DNA of 64,000 nt from IMG/VR virus record IMGVR_UViG_3300042923_000569, positions 186,001 through 250,000 of that record. One strand, written 5' to 3'. Under the pieces are notes generated by a model. That model worked only from the letters and a program-made list of their open reading frames with translations, was not told the origin of the DNA and did not search any database. Positions 20,319 through 30,116 of the stretch are shown one piece after another. Numbering within the stretch: the stretch's first letter is position 1; each line of letters starts with the position of its first letter. The translations under genes were made by a program, and so were the position numbers.

Positions 20319-20844
20319 CTAGTAGTTGTTTTAAGAGTTCAAAGTACGTCCTGTTCTTTGCGTGAGAACCCGGTGGCATCAAGCTACTGAATTCAGCAAA
20401 GTCATTACGTAAGATAGTATCACGAACGTTAGTACTTGAATAGGGATTATTTTCTCTAGGACCGGCACTAACTGTTTGAACTGTATCGAAATTGTACAAT
20501 TCTCCGTTATATTTGTGAAGCAGATCACCAAATTTACCAGACCTGTCGGACCCGCATAGCATGACAATATTACTATAAAGTGGATCTAATTCTTCCAAAA
20601 CACCAAATAACGTACTCGCATGATGTGGTTGAAAATACTTCATAATCCAGGGATAGTACTCTTCAATCATATCAATTTTAAAGTCATACGGTAATTGCTC
20701 TGAGTTAGTTACGTACAACTTAATTTCAGAATTTGGAATCGTTTGTTGTAGTATAAGTGCTTGTTGAAACATTTTTCCATGTCCCATATGAACCGGACTA
20801 AACTTACCATACATCATAATACATGTCTTTGGTGCAATGTTCAT
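20299..20844 (-). CDS. cytidylyltransferase-like (HIGH-motif) nucleotidyltransferase
   Basis: GKFSPVHMGH, CGSDR, SSTNVR. Confidence 0.75.
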   Translation of the reverse strand: MNIAPKTCIMMYGKFSPVHMGHGKMFQQALILQQTIPNSEIKLYVTNSEQLPYDFKIDMIEEYYPWIMKYFQPHHASTLFGVLEELDPLYSNIVMLCGSDRSGKFGDLLHKYNGELYNFDTVQTVSAGPRENNPYSSTNVRDTILRNDFAEFSSLMPPGSHAKNRTYFELLKQLLGEKYGF

Positions 20845-20849
20845 TGTTA

Positions 20850-21398
20850 TTACTCTAAGTCAATCCAAGGTTGCACTACAAAACCTATACTATGTAGTAC
20901 TTCTAGTTTCTCTTTAGTAATATTGTTATCATAGATAACTAACATACTTGGAAATGGTGCACCTGATTTTTTATGAGAACCATCTTCTCTCCATGAAGGA
21001 AGACTACGGTTATCAAACTTCAGACGACCTTTAACAAAACAAATAGCTTCCGCTGAACCTTGAATATAATTGTGAAAGTATCTTGTATCGGTTCTTGCTG
21101 GTGGCAATGCAACAATAGTAGTTCCATTTACACGGTGTTCTTCATCAAACTTTTTAAACCATTTACTGATTTCTCTTCCGTAAGGAGGATTACACCAGAC
21201 AGTTTCACCTTCCCATGAATGTGCAAGACCATCCGTTTCAGGTGTATAGTACTTCTCACATTTAGCAGTTTCATCCATTGCAGCAGGATCTAAAGTAAAG
21301 TTCCATACTGCGTTCAACCTCTGATAAAAATCATCAGGAGTATCCCACGTATTTGATGCTGAACTAAAATGAACTGATTTATTATTTTCTTCTTCCAT
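20850..21398 (-). CDS. phage DNA N6-adenine methyltransferase (T1/HP1 Dam-like family)
   Basis: WDTP, FTLDPAA, DGL..SW, WCNPPY, PARTDT, GRLKF, APFPS. Confidence 0.9.
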   Translation of the reverse strand: MEEENNKSVHFSSASNTWDTPDDFYQRLNAVWNFTLDPAAMDETAKCEKYYTPETDGLAHSWEGETVWCNPPYGREISKWFKKFDEEHRVNGTTIVALPPARTDTRYFHNYIQGSAEAICFVKGRLKFDNRSLPSWREDGSHKKSGAPFPSMLVIYDNNITKEKLEVLHSIGFVVQPWIDLE

Positions 21399-21410
21399 GA
21401 AGTTTCCTTT

Positions 21411-21935
21411 TTAAATTAATTGACAGTACTTCGTAATCTCGTCAAATTCAGAACTATATCGATCTGATTCAAAACAGAACCTGAAGTAATGACCGTACCT
21501 AGCCATTAAGTTAAACATTTCATCTTCCTGAAAGACGTAAAACTTAAATTCACTAGGTTCTTCTTTATAGCCAATAAAATTGATAATTTCATTTGTCACA
21601 TCTTTTCCATCGTAGTAGTACGTTCTGGATTCAAGATTTCCATTGATATCATATCTTTTATATTCACCATAGAGTTTGTTATTATGTTCAAAGTACTGAG
21701 AGCTGACTCGATTATTATTGTACCGGTTTTCTACATGTCCATAGTATTCAACTTTCTGAATGAGAGGTATTTTGGTGGGGCGATATGTTATAGTTGCAAG
21801 TACATTGTTCTGTTTGAACTCCGTAACTTTGCTTATTTTATTGTGGTCTATCTGAACACGATAGCCGATGAACTCATTCAAATCTACGGAATCTTTTACG
21901 ATTCCTGTTTTCTTACACTTGTACACGATTTTCAT
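21411..21935 (-). CDS. hypothetical protein with MORN-like segment
   Basis: GEYKRYDINGNLESRTYYYDG. Confidence 0.65.
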   Translation of the reverse strand: MKIVYKCKKTGIVKDSVDLNEFIGYRVQIDHNKISKVTEFKQNNVLATITYRPTKIPLIQKVEYYGHVENRYNNNRVSSQYFEHNNKLYGEYKRYDINGNLESRTYYYDGKDVTNEIINFIGYKEEPSEFKFYVFQEDEMFNLMARYGHYFRFCFESDRYSSEFDEITKYCQLI

Positions 21936-21944
21936 TTACATCTC

Positions 21945-22615
21945 ACGAATAGGAATCAGGATTATTTCTGATTCATTGATACAAGGAACATCCTACGGAC
22001 GTTCCAGTAAATCTCTTAACAGACTTCACTTACGTTACGTTCTGTAGAGATTTACATTTCTAACTTAAAAGGATTAATACGTTTAGTACTTTATACTGAC
22101 GAGATTTGTTGATGCAATTTCATCCCCCCAAAAGGAGGGAAGAATAAAGGTCTGACGATGATAGTCTTAGCTTTTCATGTCACGAATTTCAAATTGAGCG
22201 GAAGCGGGTTGTCCTGTTTCTCCCTATCGCGGTTCTATACAACGGTCGTAGTCTTACTACACTGATTCTAATAGCTACATGAACAGCTTTAGAATTGTCA
22301 AATTCAAGACGGATCTATATTGTACAAATCCAATCGCCAAATTTAACTCCCTTATACATTAGGTAGGTGCGATCCTATATGTCTATCTAGGCATGAACTT
22401 ATGTAGTACTGTCATGCTTTATACAGCCGCATTGCCGTGAGTGGTACAAACTATGCCAACATCTAACGGGTTTCTTTTGCTGTTCGTACTGAATGAACTA
22501 CTCATCTGGTGTTTACTTTTCAACATCATCAGGTCTTCAACTATCCTTGTTGTACAAGGTCATTCAGAGTTTTTCTCAATTAAAAAAGGACAACACCCAA
22601 AGTGCTGTCCTAGTA
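21945..22615. other. long hairpin-rich non-coding region (structured RNA or origin candidate)
   Basis: ~680 bp with no credible ORF in an otherwise packed genome; at least 8 inverted repeats. Confidence 0.5.
22582..22611 (-). terminator. intrinsic terminator
   Basis: AGGACAGCAC-TTTGG-GTGTTGTCCT then T run on the minus strand. Confidence 0.6.
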
Positions 22616-22633
22616 CTATTATACCACAAAAAA

Positions 22634-23455
22634 TTAAAACGTTTCATTTGTTAGCTGCATGATTTTAACACACAACTGCCGCATAAATTCAAAATTATTG
22701 TAGTTATATTCTTTCGTTGCATATACATCTTCATCATCATAACGGTAGAAATCAAAACACTTTTTAATATGGTCAACCGATACAGCAGTTTTGTGTATAA
22801 AATTTCGAGAATTATGTGGCACAAAATAAGTACTGAGATATGACATGATAGATGATTCATTCGAACTCAATTCAAACTCACACAATTTAAAAACAGATTC
22901 ATTGAACATAAAAGCTTTTTCATACTTTATATAAGGAATTAGTTCGTCGATAATATCCTGACGAAAAGCTTCTGGTACTTTAAACTCAAATACATCACTA
23001 TCATTTGTTGGGTGAGAAAAATCGAAAAACTCTTGACTTGATGGATTATTAGGTGCGTAATAAAATCCATTAGTACTCCAACCGCTGCTGGCATCACCGG
23101 TCATTGATGCATTAGATGCTCTCTGTGCCGTATTACCAAACCCAACTTCTTTAGATTCTAGATTATAAGTACAATAATTGTACTCAGTAACTCCTAATAA
23201 TTCCAACTGAAAAGTTATTTCATCTGGAATATTAACTGGGATTATTCTAGTACAATCATTAGTATTGGAGATGAATACATTGTTGCAACCAAACTTTGAA
23301 CTTAAGTTATGAACTATTGAGTAAAAAGATGTACTTATCTCTAATGGCTTTCGGAACGTACTGTGTGGGTTTGCTGGTGTCCCCATTCCACTTGCAGAAC
23401 CTATACTACCAGAACGATTGACATCGTGAAAAGTTATAAAAAAATTAACAAACAT
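22634..23455 (-). CDS. hypothetical protein
   Basis: 273-aa ORF; PDEITFQL resembles the FQ-family motif. Confidence 0.7.
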   Translation of the reverse strand: MFVNFFITFHDVNRSGSIGSASGMGTPANPHSTFRKPLEISTSFYSIVHNLSSKFGCNNVFISNTNDCTRIIPVNIPDEITFQLELLGVTEYNYCTYNLESKEVGFGNTAQRASNASMTGDASSGWSTNGFYYAPNNPSSQEFFDFSHPTNDSDVFEFKVPEAFRQDIIDELIPYIKYEKAFMFNESVFKLCEFELSSNESSIMSYLSTYFVPHNSRNFIHKTAVSVDHIKKCFDFYRYDDEDVYATKEYNYNNFEFMRQLCVKIMQLTNETF

Positions 23456-24229
23456 TTAATATATCCTATTATTTCTATCTCGCAAACTTACATTACCATC
23501 CATATCTAAACTAGATACAAAACTTGAAGAATCTACAAGAACACCTTCAGTTTCCATTACCTTTTTAAGAATAGCATGTCGTCTAACAGCAGTTTCATAT
23601 GAGTCTGGAATACGGGTGTCTTCGAATTTGCTTAGTGCAGGAATAATAATTGGATAGTCGAACGAATCTTTAATCTTTACTGCACGTTCCATTTTTTGGA
23701 TATTAGTTTCTCCAAATGACCTTTTGAATTTATTTCGATTGGCATTAATAAAACCACTAGGAGTAGAATCAGCTACAACTTGGATTGATTCATTATTACC
23801 GAAAAGTACATAACTATGTTTGGTCCAGAATGGTTGTACTTGTACATCGTATATCATTGAAGTCACTGCTTCATAGATAGGTTCAATTTCTACACACGGA
23901 ATATAATCACTATCAATTGCATACTTAAAATCATATGTCAATTCTCCGGTGCTGGATAAGTAACCAGTACTAGGAAGTATTAATGACATATCATTGATAA
24001 AGTTTATGATGTATTCAACCTCAGCCAGTTTAAATTCCTGACTGTACTGAACAAATAATGGATGTATTTTATCCAAGTATAATTGCTTGAATTTATCGTT
24101 ACAGTAATGATCGTTAAAGATATCCTCATAAAATAGCAGTCCTATAAGTTTAGGATCTATTTCATTTGCAGTACTGACAATATTGTCTTCCCAATCTTTT
24201 TGTAGTTTTTTAAGACTTTGTATTGACAT
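23456..24229 (-). CDS. hypothetical protein
   Basis: 257-aa ORF. Confidence 0.75.
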   Translation of the reverse strand: MSIQSLKKLQKDWEDNIVSTANEIDPKLIGLLFYEDIFNDHYCNDKFKQLYLDKIHPLFVQYSQEFKLAEVEYIINFINDMSLILPSTGYLSSTGELTYDFKYAIDSDYIPCVEIEPIYEAVTSMIYDVQVQPFWTKHSYVLFGNNESIQVVADSTPSGFINANRNKFKRSFGETNIQKMERAVKIKDSFDYPIIIPALSKFEDTRIPDSYETAVRRHAILKKVMETEGVLVDSSSFVSSLDMDGNVSLRDRNNRIY

Positions 24230-24579
24230 TAACTATCCTTTTCAATCCTTGCACGTGCTTTTACAATACTTGTATTAAGGAAAAATAATGATACAAAAGG
24301 CCAGAATACTAATGTACCTAATGAATATGCAAAAGTTCTTATAGAACTGAAGAATAAAATTTCGTACCAGTCATCATAATCACTCCATTCATAAAAATCA
24401 AGACCTAAGTACGTTTTTATTTTAGTTGGGGTTACATATTTTGCAGTATAAAGTTGTCGGAAATACGTGAAACATGACTTTAGGTGCATTAGTACTATGT
24501 ACATAAAGCCTAAAAGTCCAAAAGAAAAATAACCAATTATTAATATGGTGCTCATATTTTTGTCCAAAAAAAAGGGCAA
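24229..24579 (-). CDS. membrane protein
   Basis: two TM segments, FWP motif; start probably 24555. Confidence 0.65.
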   Translation of the reverse strand: MPFFLDKNMSTILIIGYFSFGLLGFMYIVLMHLKSCFTYFRQLYTAKYVTPTKIKTYLGLDFYEWSDYDDWYEILFFSSIRTFAYSLGTLVFWPFVSLFFLNTSIVKARARIEKDS

Positions 24580-24595
24580 TTAAGCCCTTTATAGT

Positions 24596-24835
24596 TTAGT
24601 GATAACGTGAACCGGTATAAACCTGCTCAGTAATATCAAAGTCTAGATAATGAAATGATTGTTCAAATCCTTCAATCATAATAAATGCTGAACCGCCTTT
24701 AATGCACGTCAATGGAATACCAGGTTCAATGATATTTTTATAAACCGAACTTTCTTTTAAAGTGATTACATCACCAGTGAATGCACCACGCCAATATTTT
24801 TCACTTCTTAGTTCATGACTTACTGCGTCAGACAT
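24596..24835 (-). CDS. hypothetical protein
   Basis: 79-aa ORF with RBS. Confidence 0.65.
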   Translation of the reverse strand: MSDAVSHELRSEKYWRGAFTGDVITLKESSVYKNIIEPGIPLTCIKGGSAFIMIEGFEQSFHYLDFDITEQVYTGSRYH

Positions 24836-24847
24836 ATAAATTCCTTA

Positions 24848-25195
24848 TTAGTGATTAGTACTGTAAGCGTAAGCTGGACGTAATAGTTCCTGTGGGTTAA
24901 TCTCCGGTACAAGTACGGTAACTTTTACCTGATAATCTTCTCCAGAAACTGGATGTGTAAGTGTTTCGTAGTGAATGGATTCAATGAAGGTTTCATAGTC
25001 TTCCTGAGAACGGGTCACTACTGAAGCAGCAAATTTCTTACGACTTTCAGTTTTCATTGTTATGCTGATGATTTCAACTTCTTCGTTATATTCATCAACA
25101 CTGTTTTCGTCATATGAATCTTCATGAAGTACTTTCTGTACTACTGGTTCATCATGACCATCGAACATATTAAATTTGTCATTTCCTTTTGACAT
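24848..25195 (-). CDS. hypothetical acidic protein
   Basis: 115-aa ORF with RBS. Confidence 0.7.
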   Translation of the reverse strand: MSKGNDKFNMFDGHDEPVVQKVLHEDSYDENSVDEYNEEVEIISITMKTESRKKFAASVVTRSQEDYETFIESIHYETLTHPVSGEDYQVKVTVLVPEINPQELLRPAYAYSTNH

Positions 25196-25218
25196 AATTT
25201 CTTCCTTAGTATAAAAAT

Positions 25219-25620
25219 TTATTGTTGAGACGCAACAAACTCAGTAATGGTTTGTTTAAAAAGCTCAATTTGTTTTTCGACGGTTTTACGTTCTACGATT
25301 TCTGGAACTTCTTCTTTAAGTTGTTCACATGCAGCGATCAAGAATTCATAATCAGAATCACAATTTTGATATGCAGAAGTTAACGCTTCCCAATCTTTGG
25401 AAATCGAATCATCAGAACTTACACGGTACTTAGGCCATAGCGAACCATAATCTTTAACGGACTTACCATTCAATACACGAATTGCATTGAAAATCTGCCC
25501 GATAGTAAAATGTTTAGTATTTTGTAAATCTTCAATGCAGCACAACATGTCAGTACCATCTTTACTGATTAGTAGTACTCCTGTAATTGCTTTTAGATAA
25601 CCAGAATGTGTATTACTCAT
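25219..25620 (-). CDS. hypothetical protein
   Basis: 133-aa ORF with GAGAGG RBS. Confidence 0.7.
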   Translation of the reverse strand: MSNTHSGYLKAITGVLLISKDGTDMLCCIEDLQNTKHFTIGQIFNAIRVLNGKSVKDYGSLWPKYRVSSDDSISKDWEALTSAYQNCDSDYEFLIAACEQLKEEVPEIVERKTVEKQIELFKQTITEFVASQQ

Positions 25621-25666
25621 TGTTTTTAAACCCTCTCTTTAGGTGCGTATATTATACCACAAAGTT

Positions 25667-25987
25667 CTATAGTGTTTCATTTTCTTCTGGAACTTCTAGG
25701 ACTTTATGCCATTCATTAAAGTCCATAAGCATAAGAAAGAAATTGTCTTCATCTTCATCATCCATGTACTGTACTAATGCATACAGAAACTTATCAGCTT
25801 CTTCTTTAACAAAAAATTTTGAAGCAGTTTTAATCCTGTCCAATGCCATTTTGTATGGGACATTTCTCTCTACATGAATAATAGAATCATCAAAAAACTG
25901 AACTTTATCCGCAGACCAAGGCCAGCCACGTTTCCCTAGCCAAATAAAAACTGGTACGTCATCTTTAAACTTCAACTTCCGTTTCAT
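25667..25987 (-). CDS. hypothetical protein
   Basis: 106-aa ORF. Confidence 0.7.
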   Translation of the reverse strand: MKRKLKFKDDVPVFIWLGKRGWPWSADKVQFFDDSIIHVERNVPYKMALDRIKTASKFFVKEEADKFLYALVQYMDDEDEDNFFLMLMDFNEWHKVLEVPEENETL

Positions 25988-26855
25988 TCTCTTTCATCTC
26001 TATCTGTGCTAACATGTCTCTGAACATACTTTTATTACCGACTTCTGTTTCTGAACAGTACTGTACGCTTTTCTTTAGAACATATAAACCTTGTTGATAG
26101 CATTGGAATAGTTCATTAGTTGGAAGCATCAAATCAATATGAAAACAATTTATTTCGTTGTAAAGATTTATTATCGATGCATCTTTTAAGTTAGGAAGTA
26201 CTATCGGATTTCGAAGATAACCATTTCTTTTGCTATCACCAGTAGAACACCAGAAAGTAACTCTCTTATGTTTATAATTTAATTGCACAGTACTACCGTC
26301 ACCAAAAAATAATAGACTGCAAGTACAAACACCTTTTGAGTTATAGTACTCTCTTATATTGACGCCATTAGGCATTAACATGAAAAATTCAGTAGTGCCA
26401 TTTCGATTAATCTTTTTAGTGTATCTATGATTTTCAAAGTACATAGTATATTCCTGACGCTGAATATCCATCCGTAATTTTCTAGTATCACTGAATTCAT
26501 ATCTCTTAGTACTTAATGTTTTAGTACCATCTTTCTTTATCTTGTAGCTGAATCCAACATTATCAAGATCTATTCTTTCTAAAAAACGCTCACTTATATA
26601 GTGTAATCTGTAAATTCCATCAACCTCTTTAATTGAAAATTCATAATTTTCATTTGGTTCTAACTTTCTAGAGCTATGACAATAAGATTGGGCTTTATAA
26701 TGGATATCATTAATTCGATAGTGCTGCTGAGAACCAGTTCTTCCAACAAAAAAATGTACTCGGTTTTCATCAGTTCCGATTACAAGTGGACTGTTATATC
26801 TGTACTTTGCATATTCTATCGCTTCATGTACTGAGTACTGTTTTAAATCAAACAT
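25965..26855 (-). CDS. hypothetical protein
   Basis: 296-aa ORF. Confidence 0.75.
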   Translation of the reverse strand: MFDLKQYSVHEAIEYAKYRYNSPLVIGTDENRVHFFVGRTGSQQHYRINDIHYKAQSYCHSSRKLEPNENYEFSIKEVDGIYRLHYISERFLERIDLDNVGFSYKIKKDGTKTLSTKRYEFSDTRKLRMDIQRQEYTMYFENHRYTKKINRNGTTEFFMLMPNGVNIREYYNSKGVCTCSLLFFGDGSTVQLNYKHKRVTFWCSTGDSKRNGYLRNPIVLPNLKDASIINLYNEINCFHIDLMLPTNELFQCYQQGLYVLKKSVQYCSETEVGNKSMFRDMLAQIEMKENETEVEV

Positions 26856-27037
26856 TATTTCTTTCCATAAACGTCAAAGGACGCATCATAGCGTCCTTTG
26901 TATTTCCCATTACCTTTTTTCATTTCTTTCTTTTGATCAACAAACGTTTTTGGTTTGTTAAAAGTCTCCATATGCTTTGCAACAGGATTCTCAACAATTG
27001 GTGTAAGTTTTTTTACACCCTTTTTAGACTTTGCCAT
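26855..27037 (-). CDS. small basic protein
   Basis: NPVAKH...NKPK.F.D.KK, a common small phage protein pattern. Confidence 0.65.
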   Translation of the reverse strand: MAKSKKGVKKLTPIVENPVAKHMETFNKPKTFVDQKKEMKKGNGKYKGRYDASFDVYGKK

Positions 27038-27040
27038 CTG

Positions 27041-27517
27041 TTACTCCAGTTGAGGGTTTTTTAATGTTAAACTTTCTATATCGTCGGAGGTTATCATAAC
27101 ATGCGGTTCACCTTCTGTAAAGAGAAAATCATGATAACTTTCACTTACAGTAAAATGATCCATAACAAAACCTTTGGACAGAAACATTAAAATATGTTTG
27201 TCATCTGGCTTGGTGTAGGTATTACGTAACTTCTCTACTTCGGATTGTGGGGTACTTCCTGGGTTGTTTCTCATGACACACTGATTGAAAGTAGTGTTCA
27301 TTGTCATTGGCGTAGCCATAATCCATTTCTCAGTACTGTTAACAGTTACTGCAAAACAATTACAATTAGGATTATTGAAAAATTCGTACATAGTTGTACT
27401 ACAAAGGAATAGACATTGTACAATATCCTTGATAGAAAACATTAACCCATGTACCTCAAATGCATCTTTAGTGATCACATCTTCAATCGGCCCATTATCT
27501 TTATGAATAATATTCAT
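27041..27517 (-). CDS. hypothetical protein
   Basis: 158-aa ORF with AAGGAG RBS. Confidence 0.7.
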   Translation of the reverse strand: MNIIHKDNGPIEDVITKDAFEVHGLMFSIKDIVQCLFLCSTTMYEFFNNPNCNCFAVTVNSTEKWIMATPMTMNTTFNQCVMRNNPGSTPQSEVEKLRNTYTKPDDKHILMFLSKGFVMDHFTVSESYHDFLFTEGEPHVMITSDDIESLTLKNPQLE

Positions 27518-27592
27518 GTGTTCACTCCTTGAACTCTTTTAATGCACGTTCCAGTGCTCTAAAAGTATTTATACTCATCCTTGAGTACATGT

Positions 27593-28036
27593 TTAGGCCG
27601 CAGCAATTTTCCGCAAGAATTCACTATGAACTCTACGGCACATTTCTATAGTACTTTGCATTGTACTGTAATCAAATTCAACCGGTAATCCAAACACGGA
27701 ACCGTTGTTGTCAAACACTTCAGGAAGTTCTTCTAACGTAAAAGTACCTTCAAATAGGTTAGTACTCAGTTCAGAACCAGCTTGAACAAAAAAGAACTCA
27801 GGACTATATCGTATTACAAGATTCTTCTTGTCAATAGCAATATTACATAAATCCTGTAAGTTCTGTGTTCGTACTTTTAACTTGAATACATTCTTTCGTA
27901 CTTCCTGTACATCAAGTGAGTATCCGTCACCGATGTAGTAGTTATTTCTTGGGGCTAAGTCTAACCCGTTAATGTTACTTAAAATATCCTGAATAATAAA
28001 ATTTATAGGATCAATATTATCAATTATACTAAGCAT
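27593..28036 (-). CDS. hypothetical protein
   Basis: 147-aa ORF. Confidence 0.7.
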   Translation of the reverse strand: MLSIIDNIDPINFIIQDILSNINGLDLAPRNNYYIGDGYSLDVQEVRKNVFKLKVRTQNLQDLCNIAIDKKNLVIRYSPEFFFVQAGSELSTNLFEGTFTLEELPEVFDNNGSVFGLPVEFDYSTMQSTIEMCRRVHSEFLRKIAAA

Positions 28037-28583
28037 TACTCAAACCCATTTCATCTAGTAATTTATCAATTGCTTTGATATGATGTTCCTCCAAATCTCC
28101 CATAGAAACTTGCAAAGAAACAATTTCTAAATCTTTTATTTCATTTAGTAACTTACATGATTCCTCGTAAAAGAATTCTTCAGGTAAATCGTATCGTGTT
28201 AAGTTCTGAAAATACATAGCTTCATCGTGAACAAAAGGATACTCAATCCTTAACTCATCAAAGTATGCTACTTGGCACGTCTTATTTAATGGACTATAAT
28301 TTATCCATCTTGGATTAACTGAGTTACCGGAATTAATTTCCTGATAGTGCAACATACCAGCACAGTTAGTACTTTTAAAACTTTCCGACCTGTCCGTGCA
28401 AATCCTGACAGAAACATTGTGATCTTTTACAATTACAATTTCTACATCATCGCATTTAGATACAATCTTGTGACTATGATTATTCTCTTGAAAGTACTTG
28501 TCAAGCTTAATAAGAGAATCAATAATAAACTTACCTGAATCTAGGAGTTCTTTATATTCTTCACGCGTTAAATTAATTTTCAT
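28029..28583 (-). CDS. FQ-motif paralogue family protein
   Basis: YPFVHDEAMYFQNLT. Confidence 0.7.
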   Translation of the reverse strand: MKINLTREEYKELLDSGKFIIDSLIKLDKYFQENNHSHKIVSKCDDVEIVIVKDHNVSVRICTDRSESFKSTNCAGMLHYQEINSGNSVNPRWINYSPLNKTCQVAYFDELRIEYPFVHDEAMYFQNLTRYDLPEEFFYEESCKLLNEIKDLEIVSLQVSMGDLEEHHIKAIDKLLDEMGLSNA

Positions 28584-29026
28584 TCTAATATTTCCAAATC
28601 ATAACGGTACTGGTCAGCATGAATACCACGTAAGTAATCTTCTGCTACATCCATATGCATTTTAGTACAATCCAAAATCTTAATCTTTGATGTTTCAAAG
28701 AAACAGTACGAAGGTACTACATCTGGTTCATACTCATTGATGTAACGTATGTAATCATAATCAACTTCATCGTTGAGTAGTTGGTAATATAATTTCTTCC
28801 AGCCAGAATCAGAACCCTGATCTTTTGCTTCATATTCTTCGCCTAATTCAATTAAGCAACGATGAATATAGATACTATCTAATGTTAAATCTCGAAGATG
28901 CCTTCGATCTTGTTTGAGTTTAAGTAAAGCACAATCAACGGCACTCATCATTCCACCCAAGTGTAATCCACCAAATGGAACATAAAACTCTTCAATTTTA
29001 ACAGTACTGGCATGAAATACAATCAT
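28580..29026 (-). CDS. hypothetical protein
   Basis: VFHAS...GLHLG...RYINEYE; weak resemblance to ADP-ribosyltransferase-fold phage proteins. Confidence 0.65.
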   Translation of the reverse strand: MIVFHASTVKIEEFYVPFGGLHLGGMMSAVDCALLKLKQDRRHLRDLTLDSIYIHRCLIELGEEYEAKDQGSDSGWKKLYYQLLNDEVDYDYIRYINEYEPDVVPSYCFFETSKIKILDCTKMHMDVAEDYLRGIHADQYRYDLEILE

Positions 29027-29610
29027 ATGATAATGAACCCGTCTAGTACATCTAAGTTAAATGTGGATAAATCGGAAACTTCAATAATAATTTCATTATC
29101 ATTTATTCGTTTGTAAAATTCAAAACAGAAATCAATCTCTTTTTGGAACTGTTCATATTCTACAATATTCTGTACAGTCATTTGCTGGAAAAACCATTCT
29201 TCAGGTCGTTCTAATAAAATATCTTCAACATCAGCATATAAATCAACTAATACCCGATTAGTTTTATAATCAATACTATCACCAACAACAATAGAAAACT
29301 CCCACCCGCCTTTGTAACAAAAATAATCATTGCACACAATGCTGTCATAAAATTCAATATTGTAGTCTTCGGTTCTACGTATGGAAAACATTGCTCCCTC
29401 GTCAGGTGCTGCATCTGATTCATATACATAAAACCCGTCACCCCTCATACAAACATCTAAACCTAAACCTTTGTAATTGTAAAACATGAAGTTATAGTAC
29501 TGTCCATTTTCAATGGATTCTTTGTACTTTTCTTCCATCATCTTATAAAGATTATAAACGTACATCAATTTATTAATTGTATTAGTATTATAGAAATCAT
29601 ATCTGTTCAT
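29023..29610 (-). CDS. FQ-motif paralogue family protein
   Basis: PEEWFFQQMTVQN. Confidence 0.7.
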   Translation of the reverse strand: MNRYDFYNTNTINKLMYVYNLYKMMEEKYKESIENGQYYNFMFYNYKGLGLDVCMRGDGFYVYESDAAPDEGAMFSIRRTEDYNIEFYDSIVCNDYFCYKGGWEFSIVVGDSIDYKTNRVLVDLYADVEDILLERPEEWFFQQMTVQNIVEYEQFQKEIDFCFEFYKRINDNEIIIEVSDLSTFNLDVLDGFIII

Positions 29611-30116
29611 TACAAAGAACCTAAGTGTGTCTCTTTAAGACGGTTAATGTGTGTACGTATTGCATTCAGAGTAAGTGGACTTATCATTCTATGAATATAC
29701 CCATTGAAACCTTTGGTATAAAGAATACAACAAATATAGTACTCATACAGTTCTTTATCTGTCATAACAGTACTTAACTGAAAGTCCAAGTCTTCTTTAA
29801 ACTCTGATACATTAATAAGTTCTCTGCTAACGTATCGATTACACTTTTTATCAATACCATTAAAAAACCAAAACGTATCATACAAATCTGTTAAACCTGG
29901 ATTAAACATTAAAAAAGTTTCAAAAATATCGGTTCTTGAATCTCTTATCCTGATAGTACTTTTATTAAAAAAATATTTGTTCTTTAGTGTATTATAATTA
30001 TTTGTATAAAGTCCAGAAGACTTGGTAAGTACATCAAGTAATTCGGTATGAATATCTTTTATATCCATAATCTTCTGAACGTAGAACTCAGCACGTTCGA
30101 ATATTCTTAAACTCAT
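29610..30116 (-). CDS. FQ-motif paralogue family protein
   Basis: EDLDFQLSTVMT. Confidence 0.7.
   Translation of the reverse strand: MSLRIFERAEFYVQKIMDIKDIHTELLDVLTKSSGLYTNNYNTLKNKYFFNKSTIRIRDSRTDIFETFLMFNPGLTDLYDTFWFFNGIDKKCNRYVSRELINVSEFKEDLDFQLSTVMTDKELYEYYICCILYTKGFNGYIHRMISPLTLNAIRTHINRLKETHLGSL

Noticed and set aside
21945-22615. tRNA, tmRNA or group I intron in the long intergenic gap
   Set aside because: No cloverleaf, T-loop plus CCA end, tag peptide or intron core could be recognised by eye; the flanking genes are not split
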